Virus record (IMG/VR): IMGVR_UViG_3300045988_025287
Coordinates: 32,001-96,000 of that record
Source: a virus
Direction: 5' to 3' (one strand)
DNA length: 64,000 bases
The notes under the pieces are model-generated. The model saw nothing but the letters and a program-made list of their open reading frames with translations. It did no database searches and was not told the origin of the DNA. Below are positions 35,205 to 48,400 of the stretch, piece after piece (position 1 is the stretch's first letter; each line of letters begins with the position of its first letter). Made by a program: the position numbers and the translations under genes.

Positions 35205-35553
35205 AAATGCTACTAAAGTAGAATTAGACGGAATCTGTTTTCGATCTAAACTTGAAGCATATACGTATAGTAAATTAAAAGAAGCAAATATTAAAGTCTA
35301 TTATGAAAATAAACGCTATACATTATTACCTAAATTCGAATTTCACGGTAAAAAAATAAGAGCAATTACATATTTGCCTGATTTTATAGGAAAAGAATTT
35401 GTAATTGAGTGTAAAGGTTACAGAACAGATACATGGCCTTTACGTGAGAAACTATTTAATTACTATCTATATAATTTTGAACCTAATATGAGCTTTTATA
35501 TAGTTCACAATCAGAAGGAGGTAGATGAGTTAATAAAAAAACTAAAGAAATGA
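35176..35553 (+). CDS. DUF1064-type small PD-(D/E)xK nuclease (125 aa) with TAG as codon 4
   Basis: Absent from the ORF track. ATG at 35176, TAG at 35185-35187, TGA at 35551-35553. VELDGICFRSKLEAYTYSKL...YLPDFIGKEFVIECKGYRTDTWPLREKLF fits the DUF1064 pattern (recalled). Confidence 0.65.
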
Positions 35554-35601
35554 TACTATTTTATAGTATAATTATATATAAATTAACTAAAACTTTATAC
35601 C

Positions 35602-36264
35602 ATGAAAATCTGCGCAATAAGTGATGTACATGGTCATTTAATTAATATACCAGAATGTGACGTATTATGCATAGCAGGAGATATAGTAAATCTACTTGCT
35701 CAGAGAAGTAACGAAGAATCAGATAAATTCTGGTCTATTACTTTTGTCAATTGGGTAGACAAATTACCGTGTAAAAAGGTAATTGTAGTTCCAGGAAATC
35801 ATGATATTTATATAGAAAATCTTATTAATGATATTGTAAAGGATTTGAGTTGGCAAGATTTTAAGACTAAGATATCAACTTTAACTAATGATAAAGTAGT
35901 ATTTCTTGTTGATGAGTTATATGAATATGAAGGAATAACCTTTTATGGAACTCCTTGGATAGCTCCTATACATTGGCAAACGTGGGCATTTGAAGATATT
36001 CAGAATGAATACGATGAGTATATATGCCCATATGAAAAGATACAAAACTGTGATATACTTATTACTCATGAAAATCCTAATTATAATGAAAAGCTTGAAC
36101 ATTACTGTTTTGGTAAGTATAAGCATCATTTTTTTGGGCATTGGCATGATGGTGTATCATATGGTCATTTAAATCAATATAATTGTAGTATATTAACTGA
36201 TAGTTATCTTGAAAGAGAAAGACCTAAAATAGTAACTATAGAATTAAGTAAGAATGATTATTGA
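35602..36264 (+). CDS. Calcineurin-like metallophosphoesterase
   Basis: Motifs ISDVHGH, AGDIV, PGNHD, plus later His residues. Confidence 0.8.
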   Translation: MKICAISDVHGHLINIPECDVLCIAGDIVNLLAQRSNEESDKFWSITFVNWVDKLPCKKVIVVPGNHDIYIENLINDIVKDLSWQDFKTKISTLTNDKVVFLVDELYEYEGITFYGTPWIAPIHWQTWAFEDIQNEYDEYICPYEKIQNCDILITHENPNYNEKLEHYCFGKYKHHFFGHWHDGVSYGHLNQYNCSILTDSYLERERPKIVTIELSKNDY

Positions 36265-37234
36265 TTGTGAATATTATTCTGATAACACACGTATTTCCAA
36301 TTCTGCTATTGGTTGGTTCTTGAAGAAAGGACCACGTTTCTATCGAGATATGATAGATGGAAAGGAAGAAGGATTAAAACTTCCTCAGCTCGAAAGGGGT
36401 ACTATGATTCATGAATATATACTTCAACCAGAGGATTTCTGGAATGATTATATAATTCTTGATTATGAAGTGCCTAAAGTAAAACAACAAAAAGATTTCT
36501 GTGAGACTTATGCTAATTCATTAGAACTCATAGAAGACGATAAAAAGATTGCTGCATACAAATCTGCATACAGTAATTCAAAAAGCTCTGAAACCGTCTT
36601 AAAAGAAGCTACAGAGCTATGTAATCGTTATGCTGATTATATTAAAGCATTACAAAGTAAAAAAGATAATCGTAAAGTAATATCTTTTGCTGATTTAAAT
36701 ATGCTTAAAAATATTAAGAATAATATTGATAATCATAAGAAGGCAAAAGAGTTATTAGAAGATATTCCTGGAGTAGAATCTCATAATGAGTTTCATATTA
36801 ACTGGGAATTACCTGTTGATGATTGGGTTGCGCCTTGTAAGTCTTTACTTGATAGATGTATATTCGATCATATAAATAAGAAGATTACTTTAATCGACTT
36901 AAAAACAACTAGTGATGTCTATAATTTTAAACATTCTGTAGAAGAGTTTGATTATTATAGACAGATAACTTATTACTTGCTTGCAATTAGTTGGTACATG
37001 AAAGATCAAGGAATTGATATTTCAGATTATGATTGTGAAGCATATATTATTGCTATTCAAACGAATGGTAATAATGAAGTGAGAGTATTTAACATGTTTA
37101 ATGAATTAGAGTTAGATAGTCGTAAGGACCTTATTGTCAAAACTTTAACAGAACTATCATATCATTATCAGACAGGTAATTGGGACCATACTCGTAAATA
37201 TTACGAAGAAGATGGTACTGAAGAACTTGAATGA
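36254..37234 (+). CDS. PD-(D/E)xK (RecB/Cas4-like) exonuclease
   Basis: ...LLDRCIFD...ITLIDLKTTSD...YYRQITYY pattern of the PDDEXK_1 family. Adjacent to replication and recombination genes. Confidence 0.6.
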   Translation: MIIDCEYYSDNTRISNSAIGWFLKKGPRFYRDMIDGKEEGLKLPQLERGTMIHEYILQPEDFWNDYIILDYEVPKVKQQKDFCETYANSLELIEDDKKIAAYKSAYSNSKSSETVLKEATELCNRYADYIKALQSKKDNRKVISFADLNMLKNIKNNIDNHKKAKELLEDIPGVESHNEFHINWELPVDDWVAPCKSLLDRCIFDHINKKITLIDLKTTSDVYNFKHSVEEFDYYRQITYYLLAISWYMKDQGIDISDYDCEAYIIAIQTNGNNEVRVFNMFNELELDSRKDLIVKTLTELSYHYQTGNWDHTRKYYEEDGTEELE

Positions 37235-37712
37235 TGTAAGTATTTATATAGTTCCATTATGTGATGATAATATTACGTGGAGAGATTTAACTGTAGAAAG
37301 TGGATTTATAAATGCTTTTACATCTGATAAAAATAGACCTTTTCTAGAAGATAAGGTCTTTCTTGTTTATGATAGTAGTGTAAACACTATTGAGTCTCTT
37401 GAAACACACTGTAAATTATCCAGGTTAGACTCTTACTATAATAAACGGTATATAACTATTAACAAAAGACATTATACTGTTTATTGTCTGAGTAATCCTA
37501 AGTATAATAAAGATATTAAACGTCTTCGTAATAATGGTAAACCTTCTACTCTAGATGCCATGCTAGAGATTAATAGATTTTGGCAAGGTATAAAAGTGCC
37601 AGAATTAGAAAGAAGGTTATTCTATAGCTGGTATAGATTTGGTGACTCTATAGAAGCAGAATTACCAGAAGAAGACTACTATAGTTATGAAGATATTGGT
37701 GAGTCTTTATAA
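37212..37712 (+). CDS. Hypothetical protein (166 aa), last plus-strand gene
   Basis: Intact ORF ending at the convergent terminator. Confidence 0.7.
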   Translation: MVLKNLNDVSIYIVPLCDDNITWRDLTVESGFINAFTSDKNRPFLEDKVFLVYDSSVNTIESLETHCKLSRLDSYYNKRYITINKRHYTVYCLSNPKYNKDIKRLRNNGKPSTLDAMLEINRFWQGIKVPELERRLFYSWYRFGDSIEAELPEEDYYSYEDIGESL

Positions 37713-37713
37713 C

Positions 37714-37756
37714 TAAAAAGCCTACTGATTTAATAGTCAGTAGGCTTATCTTTTTA
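37714..37756. terminator. Bidirectional rho-independent terminator at the convergence point
   Basis: 10-bp stem AGCCTACTGA/TCAGTAGGCT (37719-37728/37737-37746), flanked by AAAAA on the left and TATCTTTTTATT on the right. Confidence 0.8.
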
Positions 37757-37795
37757 TTAGTGCATTTAAACTAATTGAGAATTGATATAGAAACT

Positions 37796-40700
37796 TTAGA
37801 AGTTCATTAATTGATTCTGTAGGTAATTACGTTTTGATTTAGGATCTTGAGCTTCTACAATACTCTTAAACGGCGTTACTTTGATAATATTCTTAAGTAT
37901 TACAGGCATACCTTTATATACTCCTCTATCTATTATAGTAAATGGAGTTCTATCTCCAATATATGAAGCAGGATTAATCAAGTTTATGAAACTACTAATA
38001 TTATCAAACCAATTGAAAGCTGCTGTTGGAGATTTAATTAAAGCCATAAATTCAAAAGGATTATACATAGTACGGAATTCAAATGCTGAACGCATAGCTA
38101 AATAAGTTATTGACTATGTTAACCAAGTATCATAATCATCATCACCATCAACTACACTAGCTATAACGAGAGCTACTGCTGTAGATGCAGTAATAAGGAC
38201 TAATTCATTTAATACTCTTCTAACAGCATATTGTTCATACTCTTGCATATTATTATAATCAGCTAATAACTATTTAATAGCAAAATGTCTATTAGCTATA
38301 ATATTCTTCAAGAATCTACCTGTAGATCTATAGTAACCTTCCTCTATAGTTTGTAAATCTAAATTATACTGTTTAGGTTTGAATCTATCGTGTAATGCAG
38401 AAATCATAAAGTTACGATGTAATACTAAGTATGAAGCCATCGCATTGGCATGTACAGCAGCTTTATCAACTTCTCGGATAGTACCATCTATTCGTCTACT
38501 TATAATTTCAATTCTATTACGTACATCATTTAATAGTCTATCTGTAATTAAAGATTTATATTTATCATCTACTACTACATCTCCATTTGGAAGTTCTATG
38601 TACGCATCATATAACGTAGTAGTAAGCTATTTAAATTCTACTGCTCCTTTCTTTCTATCATTAGAGTAGAATTTATCTATATACTATTGCTTTGACATAA
38701 AACCTTCATTATCAACTAGACGATAATTATGATAGATACTTAATAAAGTATGACTTTTAACAGTGTAATCAGACTACGTATATCCAGCAAACCAAAAATT
38801 TTGATTAATAGAACGTAATACCTAACTCTAGTCTAATCTATCAAATAACTCTTTGTTATCTTTTACTACCTAATTAAGCATAAGTAAATAAGGTAATCTA
38901 CCTTTAGGATTAGGATTACCTATGTTCTACATCATGTTAGGTAGTTCTCTAGCAAATTCAGATCTAGCAAAGTTTAAATCTTCTAAATCAAAATACCTAC
39001 CCATCTTAGCTTCTAAAGTAGTATAAGTAGCATCAGTAAAGAAAGAAGTACCTATAGACCATAAGTTACCAGATAGGTTTACTTTAGTAACAAATCCTCT
39101 AACAATATCTAAGGCTTTACCAAAGTTAATATCATAACCTAATACGTTACCCTCAATAGGAGTTTTATTTCTACCATACATCAATCTATCTACTAACAAC
39201 TATGACTATTTATATACATTAGTAGATCCAGGTCCTTTTAATTCTTTAGAGGTTCTTATAGATAACTATTTTAGTAAATTGAGCATTAATTCTACTTCAT
39301 CTTGTTTAGCTGACATATTTTTATAATTAGCAGCCATATTGTAGAACTGTACTACAGCAGATACAGCATCCGTAGATATACTATTTGTATCTTCTAAAGG
39401 AGTAATAAACCTAGTAGGTATTACTTTAATAGGATCTCCATTAGGCATAGTAGAAAACTCTTTAACGAAATCTAAATCATCTTCTTTTGTTATAGCAAAA
39501 TCTTCTACAGCATATTTTAACTTATTTAATATTCCATCTTTACGATTCAATACCTACATAAACCTAGCTTCTATTTGTGGCATCATATTTTCATTACTAT
39601 TAGTGAGGAATGATATAAAACTCATAGCCTCATTCATTATATTAGTAATTTCATCATATAATTCCTTTACTTCAGGTTTATTCATTACTTCGTTATAAGC
39701 TTTACTATTATCATAATATTTCTTGTTAGGCTAAATAGCAGGTCCATTTTCATCAAATTCAGGATTGTACCACTCTGAAGATTCTAGTATTTTAGAATAT
39801 TTACTAGATGGTACTATCTCTGTATACTACTGAGCAAATTCAGGTAGTGGTCTAAGCTCTGTATAATATGAAGCTGGATGCATAAATCCTCTTACATCTT
39901 CATAATGATTATTATTAAACCATTCATTATATGCTTGGACGCCTGCATTTCTAGCCTATTCCATATCATGATAATACTATTCTGTATTTACTATTTCTGC
40001 AAAATTTGAGAATTTATCAGCTCCTTCTGTTTTTTGAGTAGCAGTATATGCATTTGCTATATCTTGATCTAACTATAATAAGCTTCTTTTCTCATCATCG
40101 CTTAATGAATTAATGTCAATCTTATTGGTATGAGGATCCTTATATAAATTTTGTAATTGTCTTCTCCTATTACGCAGTTTCTAATAAGTACTTTCGGGAT
40201 CTTTGTTAGCAGAATCAGATTCTAGGTTAGCTATTCTGTCATAGAAATCTTGAGTATACCTAGTTACAGTATTTCTTTGTTTCCATAACTATACTTCAGC
40301 GGTTTCACCTCCATATCTTTCTATTACTTTAGCTAAATCCTTTTCATACTTATCCTTATCAATATCATATTTAATATGTTTATTTACTTCTTCATGAAAA
40401 GCAGTTAATTCATCTGCTATTACTCTATCTATTCCAGTTTTTTCACTACCGTCTATATTAAATATATTAGATAGTAATCTTTTTTGTTTACGTAAAGATT
40501 CTAGCTATTTGTATTCTGCTTCTGTAAGTAGGTTTTCATACTATATACCGTTAATAGTCATAGATTGTGTAATACCATCTATCATACTTTGGATCTCTCT
40601 TTCAGCATCTCTAGTCTTCATAGACAGCATCTTATTTCTAAGAATATAATATTCAGCTTTGTATCTCCTTTGAGCTCTATCTGCATACCACTTAGTTAGT

Positions 40701-42472
40701 TCATCAAACCACTTCTTTTGTATATCTTCATTTTGCGGTAACACATACATGTTATTATTGTCTTTAGATATACCTAATTTTTCAGCTAATTTATCCATGA
40801 ACTATCTCTGGTCACGCTTTAATTGACCATTATTCAGTGGGGATACCTTATTACCAGAGTATGTACCATCGTCTAATTTTTCATATAATAGCTTCTATAC
40901 ATCATTACCGTATTTTTCTTTGGCTACACTTACTAATTTAACTAATTTAATACCAACTTCCATAGTTTCTCTATCTGTGGCATTTTTAGCATCATTAAGC
41001 AATTTGGCTATAATCTATTGCACAGCATTATTACTATTACTAGACATACCGAACCAATCCATGAACAAACTAGAATCATGTTTAGGATCATCTAGCCAGT
41101 TAATAGTATCTTGTATCATATTCTGTGGCATACCTAATTCTGTAAGATACTATTGTAATGCACTATAACCTTTAGATTTAAGTACATTTATAAACTTATT
41201 ATTAACATTGTCTATTTGTTGTGATAAGGTAGTAGCTAATTCTTTTATATAACTATAATCAGGTTTATCTTTGAGTATATCAGTAGTATCAAACAGATAC
41301 ATTATATCATCCATAAGAGGCTTATAGAAGCCAATATAATCATTAGATAACTATCTAATCTGTTTAGCACTAATATTCTTTGTAGGTTTACTTAAGAATT
41401 TAATACTATCGTTTATAGATTCATCAATATGCTATAAGAATTGATATATACCTTCCTCTGTTTCAGAATTAGCCAGTTGCTATATTGTAGTCTATAGTTG
41501 ATTCCACACTTTAGGATTCTTAACGGTGTATCTCTTAATAGAATTTAATCTGTCTTTTAAACCTTTCTATATCTTTTCATATAACTTAGTTACTTCGTTA
41601 ATTACTCTCATATCCTCTTGAGGTATTGGAGTAAAGTCTTCTGGATTATAAGTTACAGTTGACAATAATAACAATTCAGACATCAAAGGCTCACCATTTT
41701 TATCTATAGTTTTTATTGAAAGATTATTATTGAGATAATCTTCTAAATACTCACCTTCTTTCAATACATACATTGGAATACCTCGAACATTACTGATAGT
41801 ATCATCTATACTCTATTTCCACAATCTACTTTCATGTTCTTTTCCACCTCTACTGATATTCCTTTTAATAAAATCTTCAGTTGACAAATTTATGATTTTA
41901 GTAAAATCTTGAGGAAATAATTTTAATAAGGTGTGAGGAGAAGCAAATAGTACTTTATTCTATTTTTTTGCTTCTTCTTTAACTCTATTCCATTCATCTG
42001 TTATGAATTTTATATAATCTGGATGTTTTTCAGGATATATTAGATATTCGTTTCTTGCAATTTTGTATTCAGGTGTTCCTTTCTTAGTATTAGAATGCTA
42101 TTCTATCCATTTATCTCTTTTTGAATTAAATTCTACATCCCAGTCTATAAATTTATCTTTGAACTTACCTTTTTCAAAAGAATATGTTTTACCTATTGCA
42201 GGATGGCCGAATATAACATCTGTAGATTTAATCTAATTATTATACCAGTTTCTAAAACTGTTAGAATATATTACAGCTTTAGCTTTAATAGCAGCGTCTC
42301 TATCATTATTATATTGTTTAAGTAAATCCTAAAATAGTATAGAAGGCTCCCCATTTGGAGCCTTATCTATACCATGACCATTATTCAAATCCCAGACAGT
42401 ATATGCAACTTCTGGTACAACTCTTTCTAGTTCCTTCCATTCTGGAAGATTTTTATTTGGACATTTATACAT
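37796..42472 (-). CDS. Large virion-associated protein (1558 codons), 36 in-frame TAG
   Basis: ATG at 42470-42472 (TAA upstream in frame at 42491), TAA at 37796-37798. A codon-by-codon hand scan of the frame found only TAG interruptions. Last gene of the late operon. Function unknown; likely a cargo/ejection protein by position after the RNAP-like gene. Confidence 0.7.
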
Positions 42473-42483
42473 ATTATCTGGAA

Positions 42484-45400
42484 TTATAAATTACATATGA
42501 ATTTTCTTAACGCTTCTTCAAGTTTATCTTGAGTATTAACATTATCTCTTGCCATCTACTGTGCAAATTCATTTAAATAGGTCTGTCTTTCATCAGCTGT
42601 TAAATCATCTAACGTATCTAATACTTCAGATATTCTTTTATTACCTTGGTCATACAAGGCCATTAAATCTACACCAGTAAGTTCCTTTACCGTAGATTTT
42701 ATGTTATCTACAGTTTCATCCTCTCTGAATGTATTTTCATATACATCGTTTTCAGTATCATTCTCATCTGCTTCTTCAAGTACAACACCTTCAACACTAT
42801 CGTCAGTATCGTCTTGTTCGTACTCAAATATTCTATCCTGCTCAGCTATAGCGTAATTCATACCAGAATATGATGGTAATTCTCCAATGTGATGCATATA
42901 CGCTTTATCTTGCTCAAAGTAAGTTCTTTCTACTTCATCAGTCATATCAGATAATGCATCAAGATTATTCAAAGCTTCAAAATAATCCCATTCATTTTCC
43001 TTATTGAATTCAAATTGAGTTGATAAACCGTATTCTACGATAGTATGACCTTTATAGCTGTATCCTTTTTTGGATATCAAACCATATATAGGAGTATATA
43101 AAATTCTACCAGTAAGTTTACCTTTCCATGTTCTTTCTGGTTTATCAATATAACCTATTAATCTATATACATGCCAATTAGCAGGTTCAAAACCTAAACT
43201 GTCTTTTATCTTAACATAAGGAGGGAATATTGGATATTTTATATCATCTACTGTTACCCAGTTTAATGGTTTAATAACAGCAGCCTACATATCAGTTCTC
43301 TATCCAAATATAATATTTGGCATAACTGCATCTTTATTAAGGCTTACAGATCTTAATGGAGCTTGATATTTACCACCATACATGTCTACAGGTCTTACAA
43401 GCTTATCATTCTACCAATTATTCAAGAATAAATCCTCAATGTCATTATAAGATTTATCTGCATTATTAACCATCTGATCTAATTTACCTTGAATGAATTG
43501 AGTATAACCTATATTAATCCTTTCGCTATTAGGTAGGTACTGAAAGAACGCATTCATTACTGTATTATCTCCAGATGTGTAGAAAGAGTATACGGCTAAA
43601 TCTCTGAACAATCTCTTAACTGAAGGTTCGGGATCATCTAATAACTATCTCCAATAGTTGATAAGATTATTTGCTTGTGCCTAATCTGCATTTAACTATT
43701 CTGATCTATCAATAAAGTCTAATCCTTCCTTATTAATATTAGGTATTAAGTAGTTAACGAAATCATTAGCTATAGTACCATCATTATTTAGTAAGTGACT
43801 TAATCTAGGATTACCCTTTAGTACTTCCTACTTAAATCTATACAGTCTATTAGGTATAGAATTACGTCCTTGGAACATAGTATTTAAGTCTATATTGTTA
43901 TCCTTAACATATTGATTAAAGAATTGACTCTTTATCTAAGCTTCCATACCATTTATTACAGCGCTAAGTAATTTAGAATCAGCATTAGCGGCTCTACCTA
44001 CTAATGATAAAGCTATATGTTTTTGATTAGCAAATTGATCAGTATTACGTAGTAATAAGTTTCTAAATATAGATGAACCCAAAGGTATACTATTTTCTGT
44101 TTTTGTACGAATGAATGTTTCATTAAAGAATCTAGTAACCTCACCTTTAGCGAATTTACTATTTTCTTCCATGTCTAACATACCTTTATAATATATATCT
44201 TGCTCAGCAAAAGTTTTACCAGTCTTCTTAGTATCAATCTTTGAGAATTTAACAAGATTAGCTAAATCGTCTGCATAAGGTTTAAGAGCTAACCAAGCGT
44301 GGTATATTCTTACTTGTTCTTCATTAAAGTTTTTAGAATCTTCTGGATTAATCTTTAATAACTATCTTGTTCTTGATGTTACTTCTCCTTTATCGTCAAT
44401 ATAAGTTCTAAATAGATCTTGATATTCTGAAGCTTTAGTTTTATTTTTTCTGTTTATATATTCGTACTTTCTACGTAACTTTTTAGTAGGATCATATTTA
44501 TCTAATACTTTTTCAATAGCTTCTTTTTCAAGTTGGGAAGGAGTCTTAGTTCTATCAATACCGTACTTACCTTTAGTCTTAAGTACTTCATTAGCCATCT
44601 CTACTAAGATAGGTTGTCTAACAAAATAGAATGTTTGAGCGCCTTTACCCGTACGTAATAAGAATGACACCATATTATATGTCCAAGCATTAACATTAAG
44701 CTTAACAATGTAAGGATCTTTAGCTATATCTACGAACGCATTAATCATAGCAGATAACCAGTCTAATATGCGACCTCCTTTAGGATTACCTATTGTAGGA
44801 TAGTCATATATTCGTCCAACATCTTCTATCTATAAAGTTCCTGTAAATTCATTGCTCTACATTTTAATACCTACTAACTAAGTAAGGATATGATGAGCGT
44901 TATTCAACGCAAAAGGACCAATACCAGCTTTACCGCCAGTATATTCCGCCTTTCTATCTTCTTGGTATCTAGGAGTATATACTTCAAATGGTTCTGGATG
45001 ATATGAACTAGTGCCTTCAATATCTTTAAGTATTCCCTTAACTGTATCAGTAGCATCATCAATAGAACCTTTTAACATAGCTGAATTATCCTTAGTAAGA
45101 AGAACTTTGATATACATTTTAATAATGTCATTCTTATAAGCACTGGCTACATCTTCTCTAGTTAATGCACCGCCGTGAGTTATAATTCCCCCGTTTTTGT
45201 TAAAGGAATATCGAGCTACATATAGTTTATCAATATCGAAGTCAGAACCTGTAAGCTTAGTAAATCCTTCAGGAAGCATAATAGTATCACCCATAATCTC
45301 AGGGAATACATCTACGAATCTTAGTGCGGATATTGATGCAATAGACTGTGTAGGAATACGATAACCAATTCCGGTAGCATCTGCCCTCTATCCTATGATA

Positions 45401-48400
45401 TTATGATCTAATAACCATTTTCTAGCTTGTTTAAATGTCATCTTACTGTAGTTAGGTATCATATGTTTAAATAGATTTATACTTACTACAGAGTCCATAG
45501 AACCATCCTTATCATTAATCATGAGTAATGGTTTTCCATCATTGATCATATCTTCTGTAATAACATTCTAGCTAGTAGCTTCGAGTCCAAATGCAGATCT
45601 TTGAATGAAAGCTCCACCAGGCATATGAACATCAATAACTAGTTTATTAATCATAGATATAAATCTACTTTCTAACCATTTATTATCAGATAAAGCAGAC
45701 AAAGGTATTACAAATGCATTATTCTTAGTTTTAAGACCAGATAATACATTATCATTAGCGTCAGATTCTCTAGCGTCACGCTCTAACATATTACCTAACG
45801 CTGTAACATTTATATTACCGTCTACAAACAATTCATCTACTATATCCTATCTACCCATATTAGATAAAGTATTCAATGCTCCCATTACTGTATCATTGAT
45901 TTCTCTACCTGTTACTTGAGAACCGTCTGGACCATATAAATCATCCTTACGTAAATTAGATAAGTTTACTTTTAAGAACTATGTACCAGCCATCTGTTCC
46001 GGATGAGTATGAGGATTAGTCTCTAACTGCTGTCTGATATATTTAAACTTCTACCTATATGTTACGAGTTTACTCAAATCAGTAATAGTATTACCCTATC
46101 CGCTTTCTGCCCAGTCTACTATAGAAGCGGATAATACAGTCTAACCGTCTTTAAGTTCTATTTCACTATCTTTAGCCTTTCTATAGTATGCAGTAGGAGA
46201 TTCTGAACCAGCTTTAACTGCAGAATCAAACATAGCCATATCAATAGGATCATTAGGATCTACCATTCTGTCATATAAAGCTTTAATATCTCCAGTAGCT
46301 ACAGATTTAAATAACGGGAATAAAGCCATCTTATTAAAGTAAGGTATACCTAATCCATTTCTAAATCTGGTACCGAATGCTATATACTTCATAGCATTTA
46401 ATATAACTTTATTAGCTTCTGCATATAACTTAGGATCAGATTCCCATTTATCTGCAGTATCAGGATCAGTCAATACTTCAAATGCTCGTTTAATGTCAGC
46501 ATTCCATACACCACGCATTCTAAGTAAATCTCTAGTCATATTAGGACTTATATATACAGCTGCATCAGCCACATTAACTCCTTTCTTATAACCAGCTACA
46601 GCTACTTTAGCTGCTTGTTTAGCAATTTTAGTTTCTTCAGGGTAGGTATTTTCTATATCACGTATGCTAAGATCTTTTACCTCATTCCAAGCTTCTTCTC
46701 CTAACATTTCCTATATAGTTTCTTTTATATTTGCCCTATAGAACAAACCTTCATACTCATGGTATTGTTTATCCATGATTTCGTGATCTTTAAGCTCTGT
46801 AACTACATATTCATCACGCATTGGATCATTAAAGAAGTCTAATCTATTATTCAAACCAGTTGATGTCAAAGAACCTAAACGTTTGATTTTGTCAATAGAT
46901 ACGTCTGTTATACCCTCTCTATCATACTTTACTTTGTAATACGCAGGTGAACCACTAAATAGCTTTTCTACTTCTTGAATAGATATTATACTATTCATCA
47001 CATAGTCAGATATCATATCAAATACTGCATATGCTTCCGCATTAGCACTATCCACACTCTAATATCTAGCTGATCTTTCTGTTACTACATTATCATCAAG
47101 TAATACATTACGTATACTCCATATATTACCTTGATCATTCATAGTAATTAAACCAAGATCTCTAGCATATTCTAATTCTTTCTTTACTCTACGATTAATT
47201 ACTCCAGCTAAGAAAGCCTTTTGTGTTTCTGGAGAAGTATTAAAGAAATAGTCTTTAGCTAATTGTAAACACTCTTTAGCTGATTTGGTAGGATCATTAA
47301 AGTTAACAAAACCTTTATTAGTATATATACCGGTCAAGAATAAGAATCTAGCTCCATTGCCTTCCAAAGTTACAGTGTGCTTAACTCCATCTTTATCTTT
47401 ATAATCATATTTATTAGGAGTATGGAAGTTTTTAATACGTCTAGATGGTTCGATCCAATCATTATTTATAGTACCATCATCGTTATAATGTAACCCAGTC
47501 TCTGGATTATAATGATTAGGATCATCATCTATCTATCTTAAGCACAACTCTATTTGGTTTAGTTCATCGTAACAATAACCTAATAGATAGTCCATAACTT
47601 GTTCGCCATACTGAACAAAAGTTTGACCATTATTATTATTGAATCTAATAGGTTCGTGTGGTAATGTTATTCCTTTAATGAAATGATATGTTTTCTTATC
47701 TGCTACTGTAGGGAATATTATTCTATTATTAAATACAGCTGTCATTTTAGCTATATAGTCCTCTCTATCAGTAATACCGTGGTAATCTCTACCCTTATCT
47801 CCAGTAGTAGTATCCTTAAAGTTAATAAGGGTTTCCATTGATAGATTTCTATTACCTCCTCTAACTGCCTGCAATATAATAGAATGTTCATTATAAACTA
47901 CAGATTCTAATTCCTAGAATACAGTAGGATCTGATACTATCTCATTAAGTCTATCTTTAGCAAAATTATTCTGTGATACCATATAATAAGAATTACCATC
48001 AGGACCATAGCTACTCAAACTATTATCTGTAGCATGTGTAAATGCATAATAATTAGCTAACTCTTTAACGTAACCTATATTATTCCATACCTATGTAGGA
48101 TCAACAGTTACTTCATTCACTTTAATTTCTTTAATAGTACTATCATTATTTATAGCATTTTTAATTGCTTCAAGTACACTTACTATTTTCGGAATGCCAC
48201 CGAAATTAACAGTTGAACTGGAGAACTCGCTGATAAGAGTAAATGCATCTGATTTAGGATTACCATATCTACCAGATAATAACATTTTGTCTATGGTAGG
48301 TACATCAATACCGATACCTATTACATTAAACATGTTAACTAAATACTTCTTAAGCATTTTCTAGTTAGATGTTTCGTGCAAATCAATATTTCTATCTCCT

